Source: Octopus sinensis
Lineage: Eukaryota
Reading direction: 5' to 3'
NCBI RefSeq assembly: GCF_006345805.1
Contig: NC_043009.1
Span: 71,300,001-71,364,000 of the forward strand
Length of the DNA stretch: 64,000 nt
Made by a program: the position numbers and the translations under genes. Shown in pieces: positions 25,599 through 39,795 of the stretch; position 1 is the stretch's first letter; each line of letters opens with the position of its first letter. Below the pieces are notes generated by a model. It saw nothing but the letters and a program-made list of their open reading frames with translations, did no database searches and was not told the origin of the DNA.

Positions 25599-28500
25599 AA
25601 CCTCTAATTCTCTGTAATTTAGTTTTTACTAGTTCATCGCTAAGTCATGGGCGCAACGGACGCGCCTATTACGCTCTTCAATACAATTGAGACTGGTGGG
25701 ACAAAATGAATGCTAATTTCAAACCATAGATCTGGTCTTTATGCTTCTCCAGCCCTCATCCGCTCATCTAATGAGACCAAAGACTTGTTGGTGCTGTTCA
25801 ATGTAATGATAGATGATATCTGCCACTCAAATTCACTCTCTCCAAACTTCTCTGCTCGCCACTTCATTAGTTGCAACAACTCGCTTCTGAACACTTTTAT
25901 CTTTTGCCTTTTCCACAGAACTGCTGCCTTCCTCAACAATTCCTCACCGCTCTACGCTCTCCATTTAGTCACCACTTATTTGCCACAATATTCAACACTA
26001 GTCATATAATCCACACCAAGTCATCCATATCACACCGACATCAAGAGATTATGATCTTCATCATATCGAGTTTCAATAAGTACGATAAACATATTGTTAT
26101 TGTAGTTGCTACTGTGGTTGTTGCTGCTGCTGCTATTGTTGTTGTTGTTGTGGTGGTGGTGGTGGTTATTGCTACCGTTGTTGTTGTTGTTGTTCACCTC
26201 CATATCGAGCAATCACCAATCTTAGACCCAAGCGTGAAATGATGATCACTGATTTACATTGATTTCGTGCAGCTCAAAAATGCATTCGTATCGGAAGCAT
26301 CCATGCCGTTGCCCCATTACAACAAATAACCGACGCAGCTGACCCCTCATCGGAATGAAAATCACGGCAGCCTTTATAGGAACCGGCAAGAGATAATTGT
26401 AACATTAAATGGGGTGAGATGAATTGAGAGAGGATCGACGCTCAATAGTGAAGGCCTTTTGGGGTCACAACAAACTCCTGCTCGGTTTCTTTGGTTTAAC
26501 CAGGAAGGTGTGTACATATGCAAATAGAGTGAAATCAGGTGGGCGGCAGATCAGAGAGGCGAACCTGTTTCAATGGGATATCGTGAGAGTCTGTCTTTTT
26601 CCCAGTATCTCGTGTATCCCCACAAACCATGCGCCAAAAGCCACCTGGTTTTGCCCTTTCCGATAATATTCATTCGGGTGGTGGGGTCGTGGAGAGAGGG
26701 AAGGGATCAATCGATGGGGTTGGTGCTGCATACATCAAATGGATTTCGAATGTATATTGAGGGCTGTGAAAGATATCGTTCGAAACAACAATATTTATGC
26801 AGCTCTGTAAATAACACAGATGCGTTTCTTCATTTTATATGTTTTTCCTTCATTTATTCTTTTAATCATTCATTCGTAATAGATTATATTTTCTGACAAG
26901 CAGATCAGAGAATGCAAGAATCGATTTTTGCTGCCGACATTCTTCTGTCTCGTACGGTAGATTGCTCAGATCGATATTCAGCGTCGCCATTACCGGTGTC
27001 TAGTAACGAACTCAACGTCATCTGGTTGAGCTTATCTCGTTGACAGCTTACATACGCTGACACTCTGCGCGTGTTTCAGTCGTGTACCTCCGCAGTCGTC
27101 GTCCACTTAAACTGTCTTGGAAGGACATAGAAACATCCACTGCAATGCTTCTGTCTGGTTTACATTAACAATAACAGACTCGTGATTCTGCCTGGACGTC
27201 TGACTGAAAGACCAGCCAAATGTCACTCAAGCTGTCTCAAACCATCGTTGAAAGTATATTGGATAAAATAGCCTAGAATATATTATTATTCTTGAAAAAT
27301 AAACGACAAGATAATCTTGGGTCAAATACATTTGAGTATAGTCATAGGACTTATTCGACCTAAAAAGACCTGGGTTAAACAGCATTTACATCTTAAACGT
27401 TTATAAAGTACGAGACAGAAGAACCCAAACTACAGAGATCACATTTTACATTCTGATACGTGTCTGTCCAAAACTATTGCAAGAATGAGAGAAAAAAAGA
27501 GTTTAATGAGTAAATGAATGAAACTATTTGTAAACGAGGGAATGAGTGAATGCTGTTTAAGGAGAATGTTGGAAAATGTGACGGGGAAAAATGTAAGAGA
27601 AAAGGAAAATGGAAAGTAGTCCTGAGGCTGGTTTTAAGACTGGCCGCTTTAGTAACAGCTGCGGAATAATAAATAGCTCGGTGAGAGACTTTTTAATAGA
27701 AGGACAACAGATGGATATAAATCAGAAGCAGAATGATTATAGCTTTCTTAGAAGATAAAAGGTCACTCGCAACTTATGGGCCTCTCATGAAGTTTACTCT
27801 GTTACAAACATTGGGGCCGGTTTCGATTTTAAGATTACTTTCTTCCTTCCAGCCAATATAAGAGGCTCAGTAAACCATCTCGGGTGCACCACCGTTTCTC
27901 CTAACACTAAACTATAAAATATGTAAAATATATATGAATAATATCCATTACGCAACACTTCAGGTTGTGATCAACGATAATCCTTTCCAAGTGGGATCAC
28001 TGTTACAGACGTTACTCCTGAATGATAGGGCCCAGTTCAAAAGCGGCAGCTTCCTTGTAGGATGGTAGTGGGATGATAGTGTTACTACTGTTGTTATTGT
28101 TTGACTACAACTCGTCCCTAAAAGAGCACAGACTTATGATAAAAGCTGTTCAAGTCGTGGTCATCCTATTTACATTTCTTAATGACAAAACAGAAAAGTT
28201 CATATCGACATTTTGAGTGAGACTTGGGCTCCTCGGTCAACAAGATGAGCTAAGAAGATATATTTTCATTCAGGATTTCATCAACGATATAACGTATTAA
28301 GAACAACGTTATCCCAAATGCATAAGTTCCCTTTTTTTAAAGAAGGGCTATAAATTGAGGAAGATTCGGCTGCTAATTTTTGCAGGTCAGGTGACCACCT
28401 TGAGACATTCTCTTAGACTCGTTCCTTCACAGTTTTCTGCATGTCAATGTTTTCAATACAGAACTATTTGAGCTGCCCTTAATCGAAGTATCGATTTGTT

Positions 28501-29730
28501 TATCACCAACTGGACGAGTTACGTGTTATTTTACGACACTTTCATTGATTGCCCATTCCCTTCTCTACATGGTATTTTTGGAACTGAGATCATTGTACAG
28601 ATTGTGGAAATGTCTTCAATCAGTGAAATCAAAGGTAGAAGCCAACAAGAGAAAATATAAGTGGTCACTCGATCTGCAAGCAATAACAGCTAAAGCTCGC
28701 TAAAAATCACATGCTACCAACTTACGAAATATATTCAGCAACTCAGTTAGTCCGATATATACAAAGAGGTAAGGGTGGATACGAGCCCAAATGGAACGCT
28801 TTTCTTCGGAGATCTGCTGGAACATGGATGCCTTAGAATTAAACAGCGACGACAACAACATTACGAAGAAGAAATACAGAGGCTCGGGTAGCCTGTCTAT
28901 TAGAGTTTAGCGAAACAATTGTTGTTAAGGATTAGGCAGAGTTAGCACATGTGATAGCTAAAACGATATCTAGTTTATTGTTTCGCTCTGCAGCTGGAAT
29001 TAGGCCGGATTTCGTGTTCCGATTTAAGATACTACCGGGCTGAGCAGCTGTTAACCTTTTATAAAGCCCTTTTATAAATCCTACAAGCCAACACTCGTTG
29101 CCATTGCTCTACAATCCGGTTGCACCCCCCTCTCCTCTCTCTCTCTCTTTCAGTCTCTCTCTCTCTCTCTCTCTAATTTCTAATCCTCCGTAATTTAGTT
29201 TTTACTTGTTCATCGCTAAGTCATGGGAGGAAAGAATGCGCCTATTACGCTCTTCAGTGTTTCTGAGAATGATGCGACGAAAGAGATGTTCATTTCAAAG
29301 CAAAGATCTGCTCTTAATGCTTCTGTCACAGAATATTTAACACTAATCGTATAATCCACACTAAGTCATCCATATCACACCGACATCAAGAAATTATAAT
29401 CTTCATCATATCGAGTTTCAATAAGCACGATATATTATACAGGGTAAATAAACATGTTGTTGATGTTATTGTAGTTGAGAGCAAAGACTTGTTGGTTGTG
29501 TTCAATGTAATGATAGATGAGGTCTGTCTCTTAAATTCACTCTGTAAACTGGTTAACTCTCTCCAAACTTCTCTCTACACGTCACCTCATTAGTTTTCAA
29601 CAACAACTTCTCCATTCGGTCATCAGCCACTTGCGTCAATAATCAACATTAGCGATATTGTCCACACCAAGTCATCCATATCACACAAACATCAAAAATC
29701 ATTATAATCATCATATCTAATTTCAATATG
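23800..29730. repeat. Old, diverged direct duplication with a period of about 3.65-3.7 kb (~23800-26100 vs ~27480-29730)
   Basis: Matching anchors: gaataataaatagctc (~23995/27664), agctgttaacc (~25394/29046), gttcatcgctaagtcatggg (~25631/29208), aaagacttgttgg (~25779/29483), ccacac(c/t)aagtcatccatatcacac (~26011/29356/29661). Confidence 0.75.
24961..25194. repeat. Compound (GT)n/(GC) microsatellite
   Basis: Direct reading. Confidence 0.95.
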
Positions 29731-29745
29731 CGCGGTATAGAACAG

Positions 29746-29841
<96 letters not shown>

Positions 29842-31460
29842 GGAATTTACAGAAAAACAAATGACGAAGACAGGTGTCTAAACAACAAACAAGTGTATTA
29901 GTTTAACGCTCGGGAAGATGGGAAAGACTTATGTTTCGAGCCTACGCTCTTCAACAGAAAGGAATACGAGGAAATAAACAGGAAAAGAATAAAAAAAGCT
30001 TTAGGGGCTAGCGATGTATGTATGTGCGCTAATGTTGTTTAACCTGTGTCAGCGGCACCTGTGATTGTGCTGGATCTATGAACTAAAAAGCATAGTATAG
30101 TTGATGCTATTGTAGTCGGTGGTGGTGGTGGTGGTGGTGGTGGTGGTGGTTGGGATGTGGGGTAACCTCAGATTACATCTGACTGAGGAGTGTCGTGATC
30201 AGGGGTGTTTGGGGCTGTGACCATAGAGTCTTGCTTTTAGTGACAACATATCACGAACTAAATTACCAAATATTTTGTGTGTATGTGTATGTGTGTGTGT
30301 GTTTTAAGTGACAGGATATGATTTGAGTTAGTTTCAGAGCTATGTCTAGCACGTCAAGCTATCTGGAAGGTCCATATGCTCTCGGCGTGTACCGCTAAAG
30401 TGCCTTCAGGGTGAAGAGTGACTCTGGCATTATTTGAGCTGTTTCCTCTGTTTTACGGGTCATAACTGTTCACAAACGCAATATTCTGTTGGGAACCTCA
30501 AATCAGCCAAGTCAGGCGAGAATTGAAATCCCTGCAATTTCCATTTTCCTTCGATTTGTATTGATTTCTTCAATACAAGTAAAAAGAAAACCAATATAAA
30601 CAAATCGATCAGAATAGTTTGAGTGTCTGTACTATGCAGTTTTCAGTTACATTCTTTGAGTTCAAGTCCTACTGAAGTAAATTTTGCCTTTTATTCTCCC
30701 AGGAACCATAAAATGGAGAATTAATAGAGAACAAAAGTCGTTTTATATTCCTATAAAACAATTTACATGTGAACCAAATTATGAAAGAATATTTTATATA
30801 AAGACTTTAAAGGATCATCTGCTATCATCTTAAAAAACGAAGATTTTTGTTTAATGTAAGCACGGATTTAGAATACCGCAGGATGATCGCAACTGGAATT
30901 CTTTTGGTCTAAGTCTGCTCAATCAGGACTAACCTGAACTTACAGAACAACATCAATATTCTTATGGAACACTAACTGCAAGAACTAATCGAGTGCCAGT
31001 ACTGAAAATAATCTTATGGCACTTACTTACGGTCGTTTGAGTTCAGAGCTCAAAATTACGACCAAGTTTGTCTTATATTCTTCATCTTTCCAGGGTTCGA
31101 CAGAATAATTACCAATCAGGTAGATATTGGTTTCGATTAATTTGATTTAATACATCCCATCCATTTGTGGCCTTCTGCCATACTTAGAAACTGTGATATG
31201 GTTTCTGTACTCGGTCGAAATCATGGCAGACTACTTCACATCACTAAAACCGGTGAGAAAAACTTCACGACTTCTTATTTTCGTTTCCATCATCCACTCA
31301 CCTAACAGAAAATTCTTCTACCAAGTACTACAGAAGCTAATCACCCTTTTATCCCCAATGCCAGTCGGCAACTTGGCAGAATCTTTTAACGCGTTGGATA
31401 GACTTTCTTGCAGAATTTGTCTTCTCTCTCTCTCACACTCTCTCTCTCTCTCTCTCTCAA

Positions 31461-31491
<31 letters not shown>

Positions 31492-31493
31492 CT

Positions 31494-31564
<71 letters not shown>

Positions 31565-32758
31565 CCAATCGGCTACGCAAAGGGGCCAAAAGAATAGAAC
31601 ATTCAGCCCTTCCAATCTTTCCCCTACCATTCTGAGGACACAGCAAGCTAGAAGGACCTTCTGCTTCTGACTTCTAAGTACGTGTCCTTCATGTCAGGAA
31701 GCAATATTTCAATGAAGTAAAATCAAAAACTAATTGACTTATTAAAGCATTCCAACGTCCATAAAATGTCAACGAGTACAAAGAAGTCGACTTTTATGAA
31801 AGCCAAACGAAACACAACAAAGCTACGTGGAAGGGTTTGTAACATTTTATTTATAAAACCATTCTATTCATTCATTCGTCTTCCATATTTTAAATCGAAT
31901 CTGCGTAGATTATACTAACAGCGAATCGATGACTCTCCATGTATATATTATTTAATAAACCCAAAGTATGGTTTTATGTGCTACTATTAGCTTCGTGCGG
32001 CGAACGCATCTCAATTTTTTTTTAACATGCCTGGTGCCTTAGAGCAATCTTGAGGCACTGCTCACATGGCATCACAAGCTAAAAATAAGATAAGAAGAGA
32101 GTAAAAATGAGAAAAGATGTCACACTACATGTGATAAAGTGGAAAATAGCCGAAAATTCCAGACTATATGTCAACGGATCACAAAAATATAAGCTAAGCG
32201 TAGCTGGAAGAACTCTACCACACTACTGAATTCTAGTTCCTGTTGACGAATTAGAAAGTACCACCTTCTCCGAATTGAGCAGCTGTACTGCAGACTCTAG
32301 GTCACTATCCTTTTATCCTTATGATTTACGGTCAAAGGGGACATAATTCTAATTCCTCTCTCTTGCTTCTTTCCGTCTTCTTTTTCGTTTTGTAGTTTTT
32401 CAACCTTCTGCCTTTTGTATCTACTTCTTTCTCGCCTTTTCTCGTTTATTTCACTCATCTGATCGTCCTATTTTTAGCTCGTTATGTTGCAGTGTCTGAA
32501 GATTGCTCTGAGGAAGCAGACAGAAAAATACTGCCTGAGATGCTTTCGTCCCATGAAACTAATAGTAGCACATATTGTGTTTATTAAGTAATATTTATCT
32601 CTCATCAGATGGAGTATTTTCATGTTGATCTTACCATCACGAATAGCACATTATAATATATATATATATATATATATAGATATAATATATATATTATATA
32701 TATATATGTTTATATATTATATACACGCACATATACGTATAAGTATGTATACATACAA

Positions 32759-32797
<39 letters not shown>

Positions 32798-32810
32798 ACA
32801 TATATAATAC

Positions 32811-32842
<32 letters not shown>

Positions 32843-33413
32843 ACATATATATATATATACATATATAATGTAAATAATATATATATATATTCATATAGGC
32901 ATATATGCATACGTATACGTCCATACATTTTTACGTATATACATATGTGGGCAGAGGGTGTCACAAAACGTAAAAAACAAAAAATATGAAGTACAAGGAC
33001 ATGAAATAGGAACAAGACAAACAACACAAAGAACGACCTTTCATCAGTTATCGGCTGTTTTTCTAATCTGTATTTCGAACAAATATATACACACGAATAC
33101 GTATATATATATATGCACATACATATATACATACGTGTGTGTGTAGAGAGAGAGAGAGGGGGGAGGGAGGGAGAGAGAGAGGGGGAGAGAAAGAAATAAA
33201 CCTGTCAGGGAAAATAAGTTAATGGGATGTTAGGTGTAGAATTACAGTCGTGCAAAGAAATTCACTTGAAAATATTAAAATTCTATGAATAATAATGAGG
33301 AAATCATTGGGCGTATCGATGTATTATTGAAATAGAAATCATTGAAGTGTGAATACAGTGTATAATGGATAAACAAATGTATTTGTGACTGTCATGAACA
33401 TACACATATATAC

Positions 33414-33444
<31 letters not shown>

Positions 33445-33627
33445 AGAGAGAGATGCATGCATACATACATACATAGGTAGACAGAGAAAAAGAGAGCAGA
33501 GGAAAAGCGCAAGAAAGACCCAAACATGGGCTCAAAGCTCTACATACAGAAACCAATGGAAACCGACCAATTCATTTTCTTCTGATTATTTTTCTGTCTC
33601 GTTATTTTCGCAATGATAATCATTGGA

Positions 33628-33720
33628 TAACTGGAAATACGTAACTGGAAATACGTAACTGGAAATACGTAACTGGAAATACGTAACTGGAAATACGTAA
33701 CTGGAAATACGCAACTCGAA
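33628..33720. repeat. 14-bp minisatellite (TAACTGGAAATACG) x6 plus a degenerate partial unit
   Basis: Six identical units, 33628-33711, then caactcgaa. Confidence 0.97.
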
Positions 33721-34366
33721 CGACCATTTTGTCAAGATTTCGGCGTTCCATGAATATATACTTTTTATATGATCTTCTGCAGTTTCTTCTGCTTGTCCAT
33801 GGTTTGATTATATGCCAATTACATTTCCAATCTTCTGCAGACCAGAGAACGTAGACACATTAATAATGGTTATATTGTGAAAGACATCCAATGATTTTTT
33901 TTCTATCCAACTATATTCTTATTCTTTCCTCTATGAAATACCCAATAGTAAATACACTTGCATTTGCAGGAAATCTTGGATAATGGAACGCCTGCAGACG
34001 ATGCCCATGATAAATTCGGTTTCCATAAGACTCCCTTAACTACAGAACTGTTTAAAACGAACTTCAACCTCAAACTCGTAAAAATTATCTAATCCTAGTA
34101 ACCATTCGGACCAATAGAAATTCATATGTATACATATCTGTGTGTGTGTGTGTGTTTCTCTGTGTGTGTGGGGGGGGGGGTGAGCCATAAAAATGGCGAA
34201 ACATCGATGTTCATCGTTCCTTAATGGGGTTTGGGGCGAGTTGTTTCGCTTATCCATGAACATTCAGATGTTTTAACACCCGACATTTTGAGGGAATAAT
34301 CCCCACTGCGCCATCGCATCCTACTAGCTTACAATCAGTATGTATTGAGCATGCGTGTTCAATAAT

Positions 34367-34505
<139 letters not shown>

Positions 34506-34539
34506 TGCACACGCACACATTGTTTTTACTGGACAATTT

Positions 34540-34720
34540 TTTTCCTAACCCCGGGTCAACTCTGATCACACAGACTTATGATCTATCATTTTCCTTCCTG
34601 CAGGAAACGAGGTGTACATAATCCAGTTTGATCTTTTCTAAAACAACGGGGGTTGTACTTTGGTGGAGATTTGGTTGCTATTTCTAACAGCTTAAGCGAC
34701 TACGTAAAGGCCTCCTTGTT
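34540..34720 (+). mobile_element. Degraded interspersed repeat (block gatttggctgctatttctag), probably SINE-related
   Basis: Variants of the same block at ~17130, ~20010, ~20890, ~24600, ~28360 and ~30330. Confidence 0.5.
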
Positions 34721-35045
34721 AGAGCTGAACTACGGCGTTTGGTGAGGTTTTTGCTTCGGTAAAGATGAAAGCAATGCCTTTTGACCACTGCAATTATTCT
34801 ATCGCATTGACAGGAACCATTTCCGGCAGCCAACAGGCAAATAGTATTTCTACAGACAAATGGTGACGAATAACCATATTTTTGATTCCTGCTTCAAATG
34901 AGGTCTCAATTTTCCTGTCATTCGGAAAGTCAATGAATACAGGAAATATAGTAACCTTATTTATTTATTTCAACATTCATTTGTCGTATCATTTTCCCCA
35001 TTCCTAGAGCCAGCCCTAATCTAGTATACAGAGAGACAGACAAGC

Positions 35046-35092
<47 letters not shown>

Positions 35093-35095
35093 TAT

Positions 35096-35168
<73 letters not shown>

Positions 35169-35245
35169 CATGTTTTTCTTGATGTAAACCCTTGCAGTTA
35201 ATAAAGAAATCATTATTATTATTATTATTATTATTATAATTATTA

Positions 35246-35286
<41 letters not shown>

Positions 35287-35869
35287 GTTGTTGTTGTTGT
35301 TGTTGTCGTTGTTTATTTTTAATCTGCATGTTTGTTACAGTCACTTGCCGAGGCACACCCGGCGTCCAGGGTCAAGTGAAGGATAAGAGATGTTACGGTG
35401 TGGCTTAAAGCTTGGGGCAGAAGCGAAATGTAATGCAACACATTTAAATTGGTAGGTTTGTTCTTATTAACTAAGTTTCAGTTTATATTCTGCCAAGGTC
35501 GACTTTACCTTTCATCCTTTCGGGATCGATAAAATAAGGACCAATTGAATACTGGTGCATCTCCTCCCTCAAAATTGCTGTCCTTGTGGCAAAATTTGAA
35601 ACCATTATTTTACTAAGGCATAATGATACTAATAACCCAGTATTAGATTTCAATAGACATATGCTCTTCAGAACCCAGCGTCAGTCGAGTAATGAACAGA
35701 AACAAGAAATTAAATAAATGATAAGAGAATCAGAAATGATGTCATGAACTCCAACAACGAATGCATTGCATATGATAGCAGAAACAGCTGTTAGCTAATG
35801 AAGTGCATTGCATTATTTCTTATTCCCATGTCATGTCTTTAACTTCTTGTGTGCCTGCGTGTGTACGTG

Positions 35870-35900
<31 letters not shown>

Positions 35901-36529
35901 TGTGTGTGTGTGTGCGTGTGCGTGTATATGTGTGTGTGCGAATTATTATAACATACTGTGTCTGATTACGTCGCTTCACATATTATATGTTGAAACCCTG
36001 CTTTTGAAGTGGAAAAATTGCTATAGTAACCTCTTGAAATGCAGGGCTTATCGCTGTGTTAGAAATCCTTATTCGAGACAAAACGATGGATGAGCAAAAT
36101 GTTTGTTGCGACTCTTTACGTACTGAGTTCAAATTCCGCTAAGTTCAAATTTGCCTTTAATCTTTCCGGGGTCGTTAAAATAAAGCACACTCCTTGCTTC
36201 CTTCTTTCTTTTCAACATTGTTTTGTAATTCGCCATGCACATTACAAGTGACTAAGCACTACAACAATTATAAACACACACACACACACATATAATACAA
36301 AGAAAGAGGCTTTATTATTTGGCTTCCCACGAGCTTCAAGGAAGAAACACATAATGCATTTTTCATTAGCATCTAACAGTAATTTAACTTTTCCTTCCAT
36401 AAATTATGATGACAACACCACACATTATCTCCGCGACACTCCACAAGTAAATCTCACAACATCAAATATTTTAAACGCATTTTACTTTATGTCTTTAAGT
36501 ACATTTTAAAGGTGGAATGCTAGTTGTGT

Positions 36530-36562
<33 letters not shown>

Positions 36563-36701
36563 CTTAAAGAAAAGCCAGTCAATCACGTCAGTCTATCATG
36601 AAACGATTAGTAACTATGTGTTAGTTTATACATTGACTAATCCAATATATTATATGTCTGCATGTGTGCGTGCGTGTACATGTGTGTGAGTGTGTGTGTG
36701 T

Positions 36702-36762
<61 letters not shown>

Positions 36763-36915
36763 CCTACGATTGTATTGGATACACTACTTTTTCATACAAT
36801 TTCATTTTCAGTACATGATAGACATATAGAGGCAGACAGAGAGAGAGAGGTAGAGAGGTGGGGAGAGAAAGAGAGAGAAACAGATAGACAGAAAGACGGA
36901 CAGACAGACAGATAT

Positions 36916-38339
36916 ATTTCAATTTAATTTTACTTTAATTTTTATTGGCTCAAAAAGCAAAAGCAAGGCCATGTAGGGGGACAGGGAGTTATGTACAGGG
37001 AGGGTGGTCATACAAAGAGTTCAGGCCATTTCTGGTCAAGAGAGACTTTGAACCGAGCGGTCGTCGGCATCTTCACCATCTCGTCTGGCAGCTTATTCCA
37101 CGGATCCGCAACCCGGACGGAGAAAGCTCCTCTCCTTCGATTGAGATGAAATCGTCGCAGATAGAGCTTTTCGGAGTGACCACGCAGCCCACGCTCTGGA
37201 GCAGGAGTGAAGAACAGCTCTTTCCAGAGGTTACACTTTCCGCTTATGATGTTGTGATCGAGAATGAGATCTCCACGGCGTCGTCGTTTTTCGAGAGAAT
37301 AAAGGTCGAGCGTCTTCAGCCTTTCTTCATAACACAAATGCTTGAGACCAAGAACCATGTGGGTAGCCAGCTTCTGGACTCTTTCGATATGATGTATGTC
37401 TTTGAGGAGATAAGGAGAAGAGGCTTGAATCCCGTGCTCAATATGGGTCTCACCAGCGCGACATAGAGCGGTAGGAATATGGTTGCCGTGAGTATTCCGA
37501 ATGACCGTCGAATCAAAAACAGAACTCCGTGTGCTTTGTTGGCTACATGGACGCATTGGGCCGAAGGTGAAAAGGAAGAATCCACCAAGATACCCAGGTC
37601 CTTTACTTGGTCGGTCTTCTCCAGCAGCAGACGACCCGGCTCGAAATCAAGTTGAGTTGCAGGAGAGGAGCCAACAGGCAGATGACAGCACTTTGACACG
37701 TTCAGACACAGGTCCCATTCGTTTGACCATCTCCAAACTTGGTGGAGGCATCGACGAAGATCATCTATATCACTGCGAGGAGCGACCAGTTTGACATCGT
37801 CGGCAAATAAAAGGGTGTGCTGCGTGAGATCGTCGGGCAAGTCATTGATGAAGACTAAAAACAACAACGGCCCAAGCACTGAACCTTGAGGCACGCCACT
37901 GCTCGCACTGGAGACGTCGAACAACGAACCATTAACTTGGACTTGGAAGGAGCGATTTGAGAGGAAGGCACCAACCCATCGTACAATATCCGGATGGAAA
38001 CGATATGCTTAAAGCTTGACAAGTAATAGGCGGTGGTTAACCGAGTCAAAAGCTTTGGCAAAGTCCAATAAAACGATGTCAACAGCATCACCATCATCCG
38101 GGATACACGTCACCTATTCTTCCATTACCAGTAAGTTGGTCAAGCATGATCTCTTCGGCACGAAGCCGTGCTGGGAATCAGAGATAGAGGCTGTGTTTTG
38201 GAGGTGGAGCAACATACTTTTCTTGAGGATGGTTTCGAACATCTTGCTGATTATTGAAGTAAGGGAAACCGGTCGGTAGTTAAGCGGGTCTAGGCGGCTC
38301 CCTTTCTTGAAAATCGGGCAGATTATCGCTGTTCTCCAG
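36916..38339 (-). mobile_element. 5'-truncated CR1-group LINE, reverse transcriptase plus C-terminus, frameshifted
   Basis: WRTAIICPIFKKG..NYRPVSLTS, QHGFVPKRSCLTNLL, LDFAKAFD, GVPQGSVLGPLLFLVFINDL, LFADDVKL and ...FSVRVADPWNKLP; A/T-rich tail near 36916-36945; the 5' break sits at a (TA)n(TG)n tract. Confidence 0.9.
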
Positions 38340-38363
38340 TATATATATGCAAATACACACACG

Positions 38364-38465
<102 letters not shown>

Positions 38466-39059
38466 GTGTGTGTGTGCATTCGATCTATGAATGATATTTT
38501 TTGTAAATTTACAAGTAATCAATCAAAAATAATTTAGTAATAATTTGTTTAATCCGGATAACTATTCCATTAATACGAGTATCATGAGGCGAATTATCTT
38601 TGCTTATAATTATTTCGGTTTCGTACTTTCGCTGTTATGTAGATTCGACTTCATCATAAATCCGGGGTTTTTCTCTTATCATGGTAATTTGCATGGAGTG
38701 TGGAATATGTTTCTTTTTATATACTTCGGTATGAAGAGTATTATAATGAATTTACTCATTCAAAGTTAACGATCATATTTTGTACATTTTCAAATTTTTA
38801 TATTAAGAACTCGGTTTAATAAAGGGATGCCACAGAATGTACAACATATAGGGATTCCAATAGTTTTGAGCAACAATGCTTGTCCCATACTTTTTAAGAT
38901 TTATTATGACATTCTGTAACCCTTTGAGCGTGCGCATTCTTCAATTCTAGTGTATGTATGTATGTATGTATGTATGTATGTATGTATGTATGTATGTATG
39001 TATATGGTTCAAATTTACAGAAAATAAAAGACGGAAACATGTGTATGAGCAACAAGCAG

Positions 39060-39111
<52 letters not shown>

Positions 39112-39304
39112 GCATATCCATAGTAAAGAATTCTTGATATAATCCTGACATATCTTTGCTAGAAGAATCGCTGTAAGTATTCTGCCAAATCGTTTATGAG
39201 AGCGATTTTAGAGTTTAGCCTTATTTCTTCCTCCTACGAAAGTTGACGAAACTCTCCGTGCATATCGTTAGGGCAAGGAATTCCAAAACCGATCCTGACA
39301 GAGG

Positions 39305-39670
39305 TGCAGGCGTGGCTGTGGGGTAAGGAGTTTGCTTCCCAGCCCCATGGTTCCGGATTCAGTCACACTGCCTAGCACCTTCAGCAAATATCTCCTACCG
39401 TATCCCCGGACCGACGAAAGCCTTGTCAGTGGATTTGGTAGACGAAAACTGGGACTTTCCTGTCATTTAGACACATGTTTATGTGTGTGTGTGTGTTTCT
39501 TCCTTACCGCCGCTTGACAGCCGTTGTTAGTTTGTTTATGACCCTGTAACTTAGCAATTCGGGATAAAACCGAATTAAAACGAAACAAAATTAAAAAGAA
39601 ACAAAATAACTGGGGTCGGTGCCCCAGCATGGCCGCAGTCCAATGACTGAAACAAAAGAGAAAGGAAAAA
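39305..39670 (+). mobile_element. SINE family B
   Basis: Head ggcgtggctgtggggtaag...ggttccggattcagtc, 3' part cagcatggccgcagtccaatgactgaaac. Confidence 0.85.
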
Positions 39671-39689
39671 AAGAGACACTGCATATTCT

Positions 39690-39795
39690 CATGGAATCAG
39701 CGGAAACGTTGTGATAACAACAAACAAGATGAGGACAAATATCCGTCAATTGTAAATAATGTAAATAATGTACATAATTCCTCATCTCTTAAATA
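39690..39795 (+). mobile_element. Partial copy of the hammerhead-bearing short element (3' half only)
   Basis: cagcggaaacgttgtgataacaacaaacaagatgaggacaaatatccgtcaattgtaaataatgt matches 41964-42037 and 55086-55159. Confidence 0.8.

Noticed and set aside
25636-26009. Conserved coding frame between the duplicated blocks (MGATDAPITLF vs MGGKNAPITLF)
   Set aside because: Substitutions are mostly non-synonymous, one copy has a stop, and the alternative frames I checked are closed.
29225-29256. Hammerhead-like CUGAAGA plus GCG/CGC stem on the minus strand
   Set aside because: No GAAA after stem II, and the paralogous copy lacks the core.
31240-31410. L2/Jockey-like 3' end
   Set aside because: Only a loose resemblance in a stop-interrupted frame.
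32490-32590. Exon after a long pyrimidine tract (VSEDCSEEADRKILPEMLSS...)
   Set aside because: No good donor, the frame ends in a stop, and there is no homology cue.
33035-33080. Permuted hammerhead (GAAA...CUGAUGA) on the minus strand
   Set aside because: No cleavage triplet or consistent stems; at most a decayed PLE terminus.
33628-33720. CRISPR-like array
   Set aside because: Contiguous identical 14-mers with no spacers, no cas genes, and a eukaryotic context.
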